A stretch of DNA of 64,000 nt from Octopus vulgaris (lineage: Eukaryota), in contig OX597814.1 of assembly GCA_951406725.2 (NCBI GenBank), positions 170,252,001-170,316,000 of the forward strand, written 5' to 3'. The translations under genes were made by a program, and so were the position numbers. Numbering within the stretch: the stretch's first letter is position 1; each line of letters starts with the position of its first letter. Under the pieces are notes generated by a model. It ran no database searches. It saw only the letters and a program-made list of their open reading frames with translations, and had not been told where the DNA came from. Shown here one piece after another: positions 63,052 through 64,000 of the stretch.

Positions 63052-63253
63052 ATAGTCATCAACTGTCAGTTAGCTTTCACCTAAAAGATACATTAATACC
63101 AGAAACATTGCTATACATATGCACACACAAAGATTCACTTGCATAGAAACACATATACACTTATACATTTATTTGCATATAAACACATATATGTATATAT
63201 ATATGGTATTAATGTATCTTTTAGGTGAAAGCTAACTGACAGTTGCTGACTAT
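63052..63253. repeat. 50-bp-arm inverted repeat (1 mismatch) with a ~100-bp spacer
   Basis: atagtcatcaactgtcagttagctttcacctaaaagatacattaatacca / tggtattaatgtatcttttaggtgaaagctaactgacagttgctgactat. Confidence 0.92.
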
Positions 63254-64000
63254 CTCTGTAGTATGTTGTGTAAAAATGTCTTTTCTGTTGATAACAATGG
63301 AGAAAGATCTGTACTTTGAGGGCATTGTGTGTAGAATGAGCCATGTTGATGACAATGTGTGTAGAATGAGTATTATTTGTTTGATGACATCATGTATAGA
63401 AAAATCTGGACCTCAAGTAGCATTGTGTTTAAAATGAGTGATATTCTTCAAGCAGCTATGTTCATGATCCTAACTGTGTTAGGACTGTCAGTTATTAGGT
63501 GTGCCTGTTGATATAACAGCCCAGTAATCACTGACAGGTTGACAGTTTACTCAATTCAAGCAGGAGTGTATAAAGTAAAACTGCTAACCCAAATTTGCAT
63601 TCCACTACATCACAAAATTTAGTCTACCCTTCTTCAGGAGCAGTTCCTTACATTATTATTATTATTATTATTAAGGAAATTATTTATTTATTTGATTCTT
63701 CTGCTGCTAATTACTGAACCTTGAACAAGACTAGAGCTTATCAATCAAATAAACTATCAAGGAGGTGTGTAATGCAATTTTGCAACAAGGCTTGATTTCA
63801 TTGGTGTGTAGCTAAGCAGTCTATAGTTTCTCATAAAAGTAAGGATTTGCAAATGTTAGAAGCTTTATCCTCTCTTCGTGTTATGACTCAGATTTATAAC
63901 AATTAGTAATTTTATAACCCATAACCATTACAGCAATTAGCAATAAGGTTACTGGAGTACTTCGTCACATAGTCATGAGGTGAAGCCCTACTTCAGCATT

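Overview
This is AT-rich, repeat-saturated animal genomic DNA. The SINE families, RTE and R4/Dong LINE relics and abundant (TA)n/(CA)n/(ATAC)n microsatellites suggest an octopus (coleoid cephalopod); that assignment is an inference. I found no intact host protein-coding exon. The listed ORFs are microsatellite translations, antisense SINE/LINE read-throughs or broken transposon ORFs. A CpG-rich promoter/first-exon-like island at about 29.62-29.88 kb (CTCF-like and YY1-like motifs, GTAAGA donor) suggests that the downstream half may be a large first intron. Mobile DNA present: RTE-clade and R4/Dong-like (RLE) LINE relics, at least four tRNA-derived SINE families, hAT and Tigger/pogo transposase relics, hAT-, piggyBac-, Tc/mariner- and Merlin-like MITEs, and non-autonomous Helitrons. 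The most interesting signal is a non-coding, (TA)n-associated element with a 533-nt period at 17862-18547. Its two identical 153-bp direct repeats each carry a minimal type-I hammerhead-like fold with a non-canonical CUGUUGA core, an architecture resembling retrozymes or Penelope-like pLTRs. Diverged relatives, a canonical-core sister motif and several hammerhead-associated foldbacks occur elsewhere in the window. All coordinates were read by eye and may be off by a few bases.
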